Source of the DNA: a bacterium
Lineage (GTDB): Bacteria; Margulisbacteria; Marinamargulisbacteria; SXXA01
Length of the DNA: 64,000 nt
Direction: 5' to 3'
Assembly: GCA_010028705.1 (NCBI GenBank)
Contig: RHAI01000002.1
Location: 580-64,579, forward strand
Within the stretch, counting starts at the first letter, position 1, and each line of letters starts with the position of its first letter. A program made the translations under genes and the position numbers. The notes under the pieces were generated by a model. The model saw nothing but the letters and a program-made list of their open reading frames with translations, had not been told where the DNA came from and searched no databases. Below, piece after piece: positions 47,993-57,796 of this stretch.

Positions 47993-49816
47993 TTATTCGA
48001 CCGTAACCGACTTGGCGAGATTGCGAGGCTGATCGACGTCGCAGTCTAGTTTGACGGCAATATAATACGATAACAGCTGCATCGGGATGACCGTTAAAAT
48101 AGGTGTTAATTCTTCTGAAACGTGAGGGATCCGAATAATATCGTCAGCAAATTCCTCAATGCTGTGATCGCCTTCCGTTGCAATAACGATGGTTTTCCCT
48201 TTTCGAGCCCTTACTTCTTGGATGTTGCTAATCATTTTGTCATATGTGGGGCTTTGGGGGGCGATGCAAACAACGGGTAAATGCTCGTCAATTAATGCGA
48301 TCGGACCGTGCTTCAATTCACCAGCGGCGTATCCGGTGGCATGAATATATGATATTTCTTTGAGTTTTAGCGCACCCTCAAGAGCGCTAGGATAATTCAG
48401 GCCCCGACCAATAAATAAAAATTCACGGTGTTGGTAATATTTGTCGGCGATTGCTCGAATCGATTCTTTTTGTTCTAAAATTTGGTCAATATAATCGGGT
48501 ATCCGTTTCAACTCAGAAATCATCGTCACAAGATCATTGCTCGAGATCGACCATTTTAAATGGGATAAATACAGAGTGAAAAGGTACAACGTGACGAGTT
48601 GAGCGACATAATTTTTAGTCGATGCCACCCCGACCTCAGGTCCGGAATTAGTATATATGATGCCGTCTGATTCGCGGTCAATCGTTGATCCTTGGACATT
48701 AACGAATGACAGTACCTTGAAAAATTTACTCTTCGCTTCACGGATACAGGCAAGCGTATCAGCGGTTTCTCCCGATTGCGAAATGGCGACCACAATATCA
48801 TTGATGCCGGTGATCATTTGACGATACCTAAATTCGGACGAGATATCTACTTCAGTTAATACGCGAGCGTAGCGCTCCATCAGGTATTTGGCGACTAGTC
48901 CAGCGTGCCAGGATGTGCCACATGCTTGAATGATAAATCGAGTTGTTTTTATAAGCTCTTCATTACTCATTCGAAGGGAATCAAATTTGATGTGATCACC
49001 GTCAATTGTTTTGGAAATAATGTTTCGAATAATCGTGGGCTGCTCAAATATTTCTTTGAGCATATAATGATCATATCCATTTTTATCCGCAGACGTGGCA
49101 TCCCAAGTGATGTGGTGGATTTCTTTTTCAATATAAGCCCCGCCCAGCTTTTTGAACAAAACGGCCTGGGATTCCACGATCGCGATATCCATATCATCCA
49201 TGTAAATTACATCTTTGGTGTGTGGAATGACCGCATTTAAGTCCGATGAAATAAAGTTTTCATTTTTTCCTATTCCAATAATTAGCGGGCTGCCCTTTTT
49301 CGCAACAATGACCTTGTCGGGTTCTTTTTCGGCAATTACGGCAAACGCGTATGTGCCCTCAAGATCCAACATCGCGCGCTCAACGGCTTCAAGCAAGTTG
49401 TCCTGCAGATATCGAGCGATGAGATGGACAATGACCTCTGAATCGGTTTGGGACCTAAACAGGAATCCCTCTGATAGTAATTTTGATTTGAGGGACTGGT
49501 AATTTTCTATAATGCCATTATGGACAATCGCAATTTTATGGGGAGCATTAATCTGAGGGTGAGCATTGACTTCGTTGGGCTCACCGTGAGTTGACCATCG
49601 AGTATGTCCAATTCCTACATGGCCTTGGATGCTCATATTTTGAAGTAGTTTTTCTAATTCGTGGATTTTACCCGGTGTTTTCCAGTAACTGAGTTCTCCG
49701 TCGGAAATAATAGCAATGCCGGATGAATCATATCCACGGTAGCTGAGGCGTTCGAGGCCTACCAATAGAACGGATTCTAGATTTCTATAGCCGACGTAGC
49801 CAACAATTCCGCACAT
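47993..49816 (-). CDS. glmS: Glutamine--fructose-6-phosphate aminotransferase
   Basis: MCGIVGYVGY N-terminal nucleophile. Two SIS domains. C-terminal ...AKSVTVE. Confidence 0.9.
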   Translation of the reverse strand: MCGIVGYVGYRNLESVLLVGLERLSYRGYDSSGIAIISDGELSYWKTPGKIHELEKLLQNMSIQGHVGIGHTRWSTHGEPNEVNAHPQINAPHKIAIVHNGIIENYQSLKSKLLSEGFLFRSQTDSEVIVHLIARYLQDNLLEAVERAMLDLEGTYAFAVIAEKEPDKVIVAKKGSPLIIGIGKNENFISSDLNAVIPHTKDVIYMDDMDIAIVESQAVLFKKLGGAYIEKEIHHITWDATSADKNGYDHYMLKEIFEQPTIIRNIISKTIDGDHIKFDSLRMSNEELIKTTRFIIQACGTSWHAGLVAKYLMERYARVLTEVDISSEFRYRQMITGINDIVVAISQSGETADTLACIREAKSKFFKVLSFVNVQGSTIDRESDGIIYTNSGPEVGVASTKNYVAQLVTLYLFTLYLSHLKWSISSNDLVTMISELKRIPDYIDQILEQKESIRAIADKYYQHREFLFIGRGLNYPSALEGALKLKEISYIHATGYAAGELKHGPIALIDEHLPVVCIAPQSPTYDKMISNIQEVRARKGKTIVIATEGDHSIEEFADDIIRIPHVSEELTPILTVIPMQLLSYYIAVKLDCDVDQPRNLAKSVTVE

Positions 49817-49890
49817 AGTGTCTCCTTAAAAATTCGATTCAAAAAGTTTATTATATGTAATTAATCCAACTCTCGCTAGGTCGAGAGCGA

Positions 49891-52800
49891 TTATCGATCC
49901 AGCCAAAAGTGGCCATCCCCGACAAGGTCTTTTAGTCGAGAAAAACAAAGCTCATCGTCAGCGACCCAGTATTTTCGATGCGCAAGGATCGTGGTGTCAT
50001 CCAGAGTAAAACACACTGGCGTATGTCCATGGTGCTGTTCGAGGATGCGTCGAATATCGGCTAACACGTCGTCGGATTCGATGTTATTGAGATCAATTTT
50101 GACCGTTTTACTTTGAAGAAAGTAATCCACGGGCTGAATATCGTCGACGGCGAGTGTGATTTCGTCCTGATTGACGCGAATTTTTCCAGTAATTTTCACA
50201 ATGGCATCATCAACGAATTGAGGGGCTTTTTCGTCAAATCCATTCCCCATCTGAAACATCATGACGGTCACCGATCCATGATAGTCTTCGAGATTCGCTA
50301 ACACCATTTCCCGTTTGCTTTTGGTGATAATTCTACGGCATTCGGTGAGTTGTCCAATGATGGTGACTACTTTGCCATTATCGTCCGACTTTAAGGTTGC
50401 CGTTGAATGGGGTAACTTGTTGATTGCCTCTTGAATATGATCGAGTGGATGGCCGGAAATATAGAGTCCTAACATTTCTTTTTCCATCCTGAGGCGGTCA
50501 ACGTTGGATAAAATGTGATGCTCACCCCGTTTTATTACATCACGCGCGATTGGGGCCGATAGTGGCATGTCGCCAAAGAGTCCGACTTGCCCGTTACTAC
50601 GCTCTCGAATCGCAATTTGAGCAGACTCCAGGACCGATTCGTACGTTTCCAGTAAATCGGCCCGGTCACCCAACTGGTCCATTGCCCCACTTTTTATCAA
50701 ACTCTCGATGACTCGCTTATTCGTTTGTTTCAGATCAACTCTCAGGCAAAAATCCATCAAATCTTTAAACGGAGTGTCACGATTATTGATGATACTTTCG
50801 ATGGCGCCTTCGCCAACATTTTTTACGGCGCCTAAGCCAAAACGAATCGCGGCACTCCCGGTTTCCTGCTGCACGATTGTAAAATCGATACCCGATTCAT
50901 TGACGCTTGGAGGTAAGATGTCGATGCCCATTGACCGACATTCCTGAATATAAATCGATGTGCGGTCACCGATCCCGAGAATTGACGATAGTAAAGCGGC
51001 CATATATTCAACGGAAAAATTTGCTTTCAAGTAGGCAGTTTGGTACGAAATAAGTGCATAGGCGGCACTGTGGGATTTGTTAAATCCGTACTCGGCGAAT
51101 TTATAACATAAATCAAAGATGTTTGTTGATTTTTCAATGTCATTGCCGTTTCGTTCAGCCCCAGCGATAAATTCGTCCCGAAGACGGTCCATTTCGTCCT
51201 TTTTCTTTTTTCCCATCGCTCGGCGGAGCATGTCGGATTGCCCCAGACTAAATCCTGCGACGCTGGAGGCAATTTGCATGACTTGTTCTTGATACACGAT
51301 GAGTCCGTAGGTTTCTTCAAGAATCGGTTTCAGCTGCGGCAATGTGTATTTTACGTCGGTCTGGCCGGATTTATTTGACACAAATTCACTGACCATTCCG
51401 GATCCCAGGGGGCCTGGACGATACAGTGCCAGCAGGGCGATAATGTCTTCGAATACTCGTGGCTGCATATCTTTAATCAGTTGTCGCATGCCTCGACCCT
51501 CGAGCTGGAACACCCCGGCGGTCTCACCCGAACATAGTAAGTCGTAGGTCGGTAAGTCATCGACGTCGAGTTGATTAAGGTCAACTGAGATTTTGCGGCG
51601 CGTTTTAATTAATTTGAGGCAATCGTCGACAACGGTTAAATTTCGTAAGCCAAGGATATCCATTTTTAGCAGGCCCACTTTTTCAAGATCCGACATCTGA
51701 AACTGTGTGACAACTTGACCATCATTTTTGATCAATGGCACAACGGTGGACAGTGGGTCCCGTGAAATAACCACCCCGGCAGCGTGAGTCGATGTATGCC
51801 GTCCCAAACCCTCAAGTTGAATTCCAATATCGATTAATCGTTTAATCGCTGGATTGGTATCAACGGCCGATTTAAGTTCGGGCACTTGTTCGAGTGCTTC
51901 AGTGATACTGGTATATTGACCGGGTGTTGATGGAATGAGCTTGGCAATGCGATCGACATCGGGGAGTGGAATATTTAACACTCGGCCAACATCCCGAATA
52001 ACGCCACGAGATGCCATGGTGCCAAACGTTACAATTTGGGATACTCGGTCCATTCCATATTTTGTGACAATGTAATCAATTACTTCGCTCCGTCGGCGAA
52101 TGCAGAAATCTAAATCGATATCGGGCATTGACACCCGCTCCGGGTTTAAGAATCGTTCAAAAAGCAGTTTGTATCGAATCGGGTCAATTTTTGTGATATT
52201 CAACGCGTAGGCCACAAGAGAACCAGCGGCCGATCCCCGACCTGGCCCTACCGGAATGGCCTGTTTAACGCAGAAATCAAGAAAATCAAATATAATTAAA
52301 AAATATGGGGCATAGTGCATTTTGTTGATTACTTCGAGTTCAATCGTAGCTCGTTTTTCAAGCTCTGGAGTAATCGTTCCATATTTTTTTCGAATTCCCT
52401 CCCAAACCAGTTCATTCAAATATTCCTCGGCGGATTGTCCATTGGGACACTTAAAATGAGGTAACATCACTTGTTCGGTTTCAATCACTAAATTACAGCT
52501 ATCGGCAATCTTATGAGTGTTTTCGATCGCGGCGGGAAGATCAGAAAAGAGTGCCTCCATTTGCTCTGAGGACTTGAAGAATCGTTCGTCGTCATCGGCG
52601 ATTCGAGTTTCCTCATCGATTCGACGCCCGGTTTGAATGCAATTTAATATTTGGCGTAATTCGGTTTCTCCCGCGTTGAGATCAACAACATCATTGGTGA
52701 CTACCACTGGAATATCCAGCCGTTCCCCCAGGGAAACGGATCCGTCAACCACAAAGTCATCCATTGAAGACCCATGGCGCGATAACCCGAGGTAAAAGCG

Positions 52801-53280
52801 ATGGCCATAAATTTCTTTTAATTCTAGTGCCGATTTTTCGGCCAAGTCGATATTATGTGATCGGATTAGAGACGCGACAACACCGCGGTTGCCAGGCGAA
52901 ATAGCAATGAGGGATTCCGAATATTGAGATAAATGCTCAAGGTCAATACGTGGGCGATAATAGAATCCATCGAGATGAGCGATCGTGACCAGCTGAATTA
53001 AATTCTGGTACCCCTTGAAATCTTGAGCCAGAAGAATTAACCGTGTTAAGCCTCGTTCTTTTTGACGTATCGTGTTGGTAACGTACATCTCGCATCCAAT
53101 AATGGGCTTGATCCCCTTTTTTTTACACGACAAATAAAAGTCAATTACCCCGTACATTGTGCCATTTTCAGTCATGGCGACAGCGGGCATTTCAAATTGA
53201 ATGCATTTATCCAGTAGCTGATCTATCCGAATGGGACTTTCTAATAATGAATATTCGGTATGCACATGAAGATGAATCAT
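49891..53280 (-). CDS. dnaE: DNA polymerase III alpha subunit
   Basis: 1129 aa. PHP domain MIHLHVHTEYSLLES. Palm and fingers (GRGSAAGSLVAYALNITKIDPI, FLNPERVSMPDIDLDF). OB fold. Confidence 0.9.
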   Translation of the reverse strand: MIHLHVHTEYSLLESPIRIDQLLDKCIQFEMPAVAMTENGTMYGVIDFYLSCKKKGIKPIIGCEMYVTNTIRQKERGLTRLILLAQDFKGYQNLIQLVTIAHLDGFYYRPRIDLEHLSQYSESLIAISPGNRGVVASLIRSHNIDLAEKSALELKEIYGHRFYLGLSRHGSSMDDFVVDGSVSLGERLDIPVVVTNDVVDLNAGETELRQILNCIQTGRRIDEETRIADDDERFFKSSEQMEALFSDLPAAIENTHKIADSCNLVIETEQVMLPHFKCPNGQSAEEYLNELVWEGIRKKYGTITPELEKRATIELEVINKMHYAPYFLIIFDFLDFCVKQAIPVGPGRGSAAGSLVAYALNITKIDPIRYKLLFERFLNPERVSMPDIDLDFCIRRRSEVIDYIVTKYGMDRVSQIVTFGTMASRGVIRDVGRVLNIPLPDVDRIAKLIPSTPGQYTSITEALEQVPELKSAVDTNPAIKRLIDIGIQLEGLGRHTSTHAAGVVISRDPLSTVVPLIKNDGQVVTQFQMSDLEKVGLLKMDILGLRNLTVVDDCLKLIKTRRKISVDLNQLDVDDLPTYDLLCSGETAGVFQLEGRGMRQLIKDMQPRVFEDIIALLALYRPGPLGSGMVSEFVSNKSGQTDVKYTLPQLKPILEETYGLIVYQEQVMQIASSVAGFSLGQSDMLRRAMGKKKKDEMDRLRDEFIAGAERNGNDIEKSTNIFDLCYKFAEYGFNKSHSAAYALISYQTAYLKANFSVEYMAALLSSILGIGDRTSIYIQECRSMGIDILPPSVNESGIDFTIVQQETGSAAIRFGLGAVKNVGEGAIESIINNRDTPFKDLMDFCLRVDLKQTNKRVIESLIKSGAMDQLGDRADLLETYESVLESAQIAIRERSNGQVGLFGDMPLSAPIARDVIKRGEHHILSNVDRLRMEKEMLGLYISGHPLDHIQEAINKLPHSTATLKSDDNGKVVTIIGQLTECRRIITKSKREMVLANLEDYHGSVTVMMFQMGNGFDEKAPQFVDDAIVKITGKIRVNQDEITLAVDDIQPVDYFLQSKTVKIDLNNIESDDVLADIRRILEQHHGHTPVCFTLDDTTILAHRKYWVADDELCFSRLKDLVGDGHFWLDR

Positions 53281-53286
53281 TCGATA

Positions 53287-54237
53287 TTAGTTATCCTCTT
53301 GAGGGGTTGTCGTGATGCGAAGATAGCGTCTCTCAATTTTTTTTAATTCTTTGATGGATGTCTCTAATAGTGTAATTCTCATTTGGGCTTGCGCGAGTTT
53401 GCGTTTTTCGGCCTTGCTGGCCGCCGTGATTTTTTCGTCGACGGTGAGTTGGGTTGACCGAAGTGCTCGACGGGTCTCAATCGATTCTGTGATGTCTTTG
53501 AGTCCAAGTACAGCCCCGGTTATCGTGTTTTGGGTGTCCGTTAGTGCGCTGATACTTAAATTGACCCACCGGGATTCGGTGCCCAATACCATTAGCCTCA
53601 TTTTATCGTAAACCTGAGGTGTTCCGCGGTGTAGTGTTAGTTCAACGGGGTGGGTCCTCAATGGCACCATCGTTTCATCTAAAAATTGGAGAGTTTGCTG
53701 GAGCGGTTCTCCCAATAGTGATGTTTTCGATACCCCGACAATCGACTCTGCGGCGGGATTGATATAGCTAATACGGCCCGTTGGATCCGTGGCAATAACG
53801 GCGCTATTGATGCTATTCAGTACCGATTCAATCCATTTTTCCCGACTAATAATGTATCGGTTGCTCTGATACTTGTGATACGCAATTTCGATACTGATCT
53901 GAAGCATCCGCTCGTCAAATGGTTTTAGAATATATCCAAAGGGATCCGTGAGTTTTGCACGGTCCAACGTGGCGGCATCTGCAAATGCCGTAAGATATAC
54001 GACTGGAAGGTCCAGGGTTTCTTTAATAATGCGAGCAGTTTCAATGCCGTCCATAGATCCCCTGAGATGAATGTCCATCAGGATAATGTCGGGGTGACAT
54101 TCGGTAGCCAGTTGAACGGCATCGGAACCAGTTGATGCAGACCCGACGATTTCATAGCCCATGTCAATAAGTCTAAATTCTAAATCTTTGGCGACAATCG
54201 CTTCGTCTTCAACGATAAGGACCCGTTTGACTGTCAT
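53287..54237 (-). CDS. Response regulator with REC and PAS domains (no DNA-binding output) and a C-terminal coiled coil
   Basis: REC: VLIVEDEAIVAKDLEFRLIDMGYEIVG...IILMDIHLRG. PAS: NSINSAVIATDPTGRISYINPAAESIVG. Stop 7 nt before the dnaE start. Confidence 0.75.
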   Translation of the reverse strand: MTVKRVLIVEDEAIVAKDLEFRLIDMGYEIVGSASTGSDAVQLATECHPDIILMDIHLRGSMDGIETARIIKETLDLPVVYLTAFADAATLDRAKLTDPFGYILKPFDERMLQISIEIAYHKYQSNRYIISREKWIESVLNSINSAVIATDPTGRISYINPAAESIVGVSKTSLLGEPLQQTLQFLDETMVPLRTHPVELTLHRGTPQVYDKMRLMVLGTESRWVNLSISALTDTQNTITGAVLGLKDITESIETRRALRSTQLTVDEKITAASKAEKRKLAQAQMRITLLETSIKELKKIERRYLRITTTPQEDN

Positions 54238-54251
54238 ATTAAATCCTTTCT

Positions 54252-55349
54252 CTACAGGGATCGCTCGGAGAAAACGAGGGTAAACGACGTGCCGTTGATT
54301 TTGTCGATTTCAATCTCAGCGTCTAATTGACGACTCAACGTCATGACAAGTTCCAGTCCCATCGAATTGCTTTTTTTGATATCGATACCCCGTGGTAACC
54401 CAATGCCATTATCTCGAACGGTGAGTAGATATTTGGAGTCATGCTCGATTAGTGTGACCCATAATTGACCCGATGCCCGCCCCTCAAACGCATATTTGAA
54501 CGCATTTGTAACTAATTCGTTGACAATCAGACCACAGGCTACGGCCGTGTCGATGTGGAATGATACCTCTGGTACCAAAATAGTGACATCGACAGTGTGA
54601 GAAATTTCTCGATATGTTGCGGCAATACGATTCACTAAGTTTTTGATGTAGGTCGAAAATTCGATGTTCGCTAGGCTTTTCGATTGGTACAGAGTTTCGT
54701 GAACAAGGGCCATTGAGCGAATTCTGTTCTGGCATTCCTTAAACACCGCTTTGACATGGGGATCCCCAAAGTAGTGGCCTTGGATATTGAGCATGCTGGA
54801 GATGATTTGGAGATTGTTTTTTACGCGGTGATGGATTTCTTTCAATAACACGTCTTTTTCATCGACGGATTGCTGGAGTTCTTGCAGTGTTCGGATCCGT
54901 TCGCTGATATCCCGCGCAACAATAATTGCTCGGGGCTCTGTCTGGTCGCCATTCGATGGGATGAGGTTAATTCGACATTCAAACGGAATATAATATCCGT
55001 CGGAATGGGCAATTCGGAGAATGATCGTCGCGGTTTTGGTCTCGGGTAAATGGGATAAAATTGTTCTGATTTCAGGGAGATCATCCGGATGCACAAACGA
55101 AAATCCATCTGAATATAGGACTGTCGAAATCGAGTATCCCAATTGAGCAATTGATGGGGAAATAAACTCAACGCGACCGCTTAGTGGCCCCTCAATAATG
55201 AGATCAGATGTCGCATCGGCAAGGTGATCAATCATCGAATGCGTTGTCTCCAGGAGAATGGGTGCAACGGGGTTGGGTTCGAGTGCAGATAGTCGTTCTT
55301 CAATACGGTGAAGTTGTTGGGTAATTGAAAGTAAGATATCCGTAGTCAT
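54252..55349 (-). CDS. Cytoplasmic PAS sensor histidine kinase (HisKA_2/HWE-type H-box)
   Basis: H-box EIHHRVKNNLQIISSMLNIQ. HATPase (VNELVTNAFKYAF...VRDNGIGLP...GLELV). No TM segments. Confidence 0.75.
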   Translation of the reverse strand: MTTDILLSITQQLHRIEERLSALEPNPVAPILLETTHSMIDHLADATSDLIIEGPLSGRVEFISPSIAQLGYSISTVLYSDGFSFVHPDDLPEIRTILSHLPETKTATIILRIAHSDGYYIPFECRINLIPSNGDQTEPRAIIVARDISERIRTLQELQQSVDEKDVLLKEIHHRVKNNLQIISSMLNIQGHYFGDPHVKAVFKECQNRIRSMALVHETLYQSKSLANIEFSTYIKNLVNRIAATYREISHTVDVTILVPEVSFHIDTAVACGLIVNELVTNAFKYAFEGRASGQLWVTLIEHDSKYLLTVRDNGIGLPRGIDIKKSNSMGLELVMTLSRQLDAEIEIDKINGTSFTLVFSERSL

Positions 55350-56362
55350 TAGTCCCTAATGGTAGAGGGTCTCGTCATAAACGCCAACAGTACATCAATG
55401 TGACAGGGAATGAGTTTCCACCCTGACGTCGTGATCGCCCATAGCCGCTCGTGGTCTGGAAAGCGGAATTTTAGCTTAAATTGAGTCAGGCTTTCGGCGT
55501 CGTAGAACGCGCGTGTTGCCATTCGCCCTAATCGATATAGACATCTTTCCAGTCGAATTGGGGAGAGTTGTGGGGATACCATCAGCGGGCATAATCCCAT
55601 GGTGACAGTATGGGTAGTCCCAGTTGTGAGCTCCCGTATGGCAGTATGCACTAGCAATTCGATGGTGCCATTCGGCGCGTCGGGAGCACGGACCCATTGT
55701 TCAAGTAACCAACCGGGTCGGTGTGGCACAGGAGAAGAGATGAGATATCCAACCAGGGCCTCATTGATATGAGCGACCCAAACGACTCGCGAGTCTGGGT
55801 GCAGTGCAATGTCGGGGTCGGTCATAAAGTAGAGGTTAATCGGAAATTTGCAGGTTTTCCATTGGGATAAAACCCGGCTAATTTGTGTAAGGTCACTTCC
55901 TACGAATCGCCGAATTTGGACCCCTTTGGCGGTGGCCCGTCGCAATTGATATCGGAGGGACGCGGACGTTGACAGGACCCCGTCCCACTGATCTCCACGA
56001 ATCATCGTTTGAAATCCAATGGGCAAGTGGGTCCTGGGATGTAATGGGCGAAATTTTTGGGAAAACGTGGTCGATGCCCCAAACCACGTTACCCGATTAA
56101 ATAAGGATTCGAAGCAGAGCGCCTCGTTCACTTGAACGTCTGGGGGGCCAATTGGTTCCCCAACTACCACAGCCCCTGACCCAACAGCCCGATATCCAAT
56201 TAGCGTTTCCGAATCAGCTGATATCCAATGAGAGATGCCCGGATTAAATACTTGCCAACACGTAACGTTGTGACCCCATTTTTTGACGATTGCTTCCGCT
56301 AATCGACGATTAGTCACGAGGATGTTAACGTGGCATGGGTCGTTGGATGACCTGAGCTCCAA
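55349..56362 (-). CDS. Stand-alone DUF2156 / aminoacyl-phosphatidylglycerol-synthase C-terminal-like domain protein (GNAT fold)
   Basis: GSGAVVVGEPIGPPD resembles the MprF synthase-domain GDPVG motif. The C-terminal ESLTQFKLKFRFPDHERLWAITTSG resembles the conserved FK.KF.P.W.PRYL segment. No membrane flippase portion. Assignment from memory of the family. Confidence 0.5.
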   Translation of the reverse strand: MELRSSNDPCHVNILVTNRRLAEAIVKKWGHNVTCWQVFNPGISHWISADSETLIGYRAVGSGAVVVGEPIGPPDVQVNEALCFESLFNRVTWFGASTTFSQKFRPLHPRTHLPIGFQTMIRGDQWDGVLSTSASLRYQLRRATAKGVQIRRFVGSDLTQISRVLSQWKTCKFPINLYFMTDPDIALHPDSRVVWVAHINEALVGYLISSPVPHRPGWLLEQWVRAPDAPNGTIELLVHTAIRELTTGTTHTVTMGLCPLMVSPQLSPIRLERCLYRLGRMATRAFYDAESLTQFKLKFRFPDHERLWAITTSGWKLIPCHIDVLLAFMTRPSTIRD

Positions 56363-57194
56363 CGGAACCTAAGACGATCAAAAATCCTCCGAACCATTGG
56401 ATCGGAGTGTAATGTTCATTCAAAAATAAGGTCGCAATGATTAAGGTAAATACAATCTCTATATACGACAAAATGGCCGCTTGACCGGTGGGTATTTTAC
56501 GAAGTGCGGAAAAAAATAGTGCAAATCCGACAACGCCCACGATCACAGCCATGATAATGCTAATTCCAGTACGAACCGGAGAAACGTTGACTACATCCCT
56601 TAAAAACACTGGTAGAAACACCAGCCCTCCAAAACAATTCTGAATAAACACTTGCTCGGTTTTAGATATCGGCTGCGGGGTGCGTTGCAAAGTCAAAATC
56701 ATTCCCGCGTTGCACATCGCTGCAATAATCACGCCGATGCTACCGAGTATCACACGTTCGGTGGGCATCGCCATTGGTTGGACCTCAATTAGAATGATCC
56801 CAACCAATGCGGTGATTGCCATTGCCCATTGAAATAGGGTGAGCCGTTCCTTGAATAGGATCCAATTCAAGAGCGAAATAATGATTGGCCAGGTGTAAAT
56901 TAATAGGATCGCGTGCCCAACGGGCAACACAGAAAACCCCCAGAAATAAAGAATGGATCGCACGAGATTAAACAGGCTGGCCATCGTGGTATGCCAGGAC
57001 CATACCCCTCCATAGGACGCGGGCGTAAAGATGCGTCGGATCCCTAAGTTCGAGTAAATGATGCCTCCCATGACGAGTGTCGGTACCAAGCAACGGATCG
57101 AGGTTAAGTAGGGTATCGGCAGTCCAATCCATTTGACGTAGGGAGCGCTAAGGCTCCAGCACAATGCTGCCCCAATAATTTGTAAAAAACCCAA
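56325..57194 (-). CDS. DMT-superfamily (EamA) transporter, 10 TM
   Basis: Two EamA-type repeats. 289 aa. 38-nt overlap with the DUF2156 gene. Confidence 0.75.
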   Translation of the reverse strand: MGFLQIIGAALCWSLSAPYVKWIGLPIPYLTSIRCLVPTLVMGGIIYSNLGIRRIFTPASYGGVWSWHTTMASLFNLVRSILYFWGFSVLPVGHAILLIYTWPIIISLLNWILFKERLTLFQWAMAITALVGIILIEVQPMAMPTERVILGSIGVIIAAMCNAGMILTLQRTPQPISKTEQVFIQNCFGGLVFLPVFLRDVVNVSPVRTGISIIMAVIVGVVGFALFFSALRKIPTGQAAILSYIEIVFTLIIATLFLNEHYTPIQWFGGFLIVLGSVGAQVIQRPMPR

Positions 57195-57428
57195 CTATCG
57201 TTCCCTCCATCGAATATGGCCTTTGAGGTTTAATCCAAATAAAACAATATTTCCAAAAACAACACCCCAGCTGCTGGCCAAAAACCCAAACGAAATCCAG
57301 AATATATTTCCGATCATACCGGCCATAAACCCTATACGTTTTCGTTCTCCGACGTAATGCATCGAGGCAAATGTAAAGCAGGTCGCAATCCAATCTAACG
57401 CGTAATAGTTTAAAATATGGGCAATCAT
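57195..57428 (-). CDS. Small 2-TM membrane protein; possibly a PnuC-like N-terminal fragment
   Basis: 77 aa: LDWIATCFTFASMHYVGERKRIGFMAGMIGNIFWISFGFLASSWGVVFGNIVLFGL resembles the start of PnuC nicotinamide-riboside transporters. Stops 1 nt before the EamA ATG. Weak call. Confidence 0.3.
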   Translation of the reverse strand: MIAHILNYYALDWIATCFTFASMHYVGERKRIGFMAGMIGNIFWISFGFLASSWGVVFGNIVLFGLNLKGHIRWRER

Positions 57429-57796
57429 TCGTTGTTTCCTAATCTATAAGTTACGATCGCGAGACAAATCCAATGAACTACCCAGGTGCATCCCCAGTAA
57501 ATCCATCCGATGTACCCGTAAGCGTCATATCCAAATTGACCGCGAATCGTTCCGGGGGATGTCGTGTCCCAACGCCACTCTAAGTAGGCGCGTCCGAGCC
57601 ATGTCCGTCCGTCCCAACGGTAGTGCCCGGGCGCGGACAAGCTAGGCGTCCATTGCCACAACCAGTGTCCCAGGAGCCAGCCATAACGGCTCACCATCGA
57701 GTCGAGGGCCCGTGCGACTCGGTCCGGTAATGATCGACGCGGCTGGGTTACTTTCATCGTGACACGAGTCAAGGACATGGGCGGTAAGTCGATCAT
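57425..57796 (-). CDS. Hypothetical Trp-rich protein with a C-terminal TM helix
   Basis: 123 aa. HWLWQWTPS...YRWDGRTWLGRAYLEWRWD...YGYIGWIYWGCTWVVHWICLAIVTY. 4-nt overlaps with both neighbours. Confidence 0.35.
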   Translation of the reverse strand: MIDLPPMSLTRVTMKVTQPRRSLPDRVARALDSMVSRYGWLLGHWLWQWTPSLSAPGHYRWDGRTWLGRAYLEWRWDTTSPGTIRGQFGYDAYGYIGWIYWGCTWVVHWICLAIVTYRLGNNE

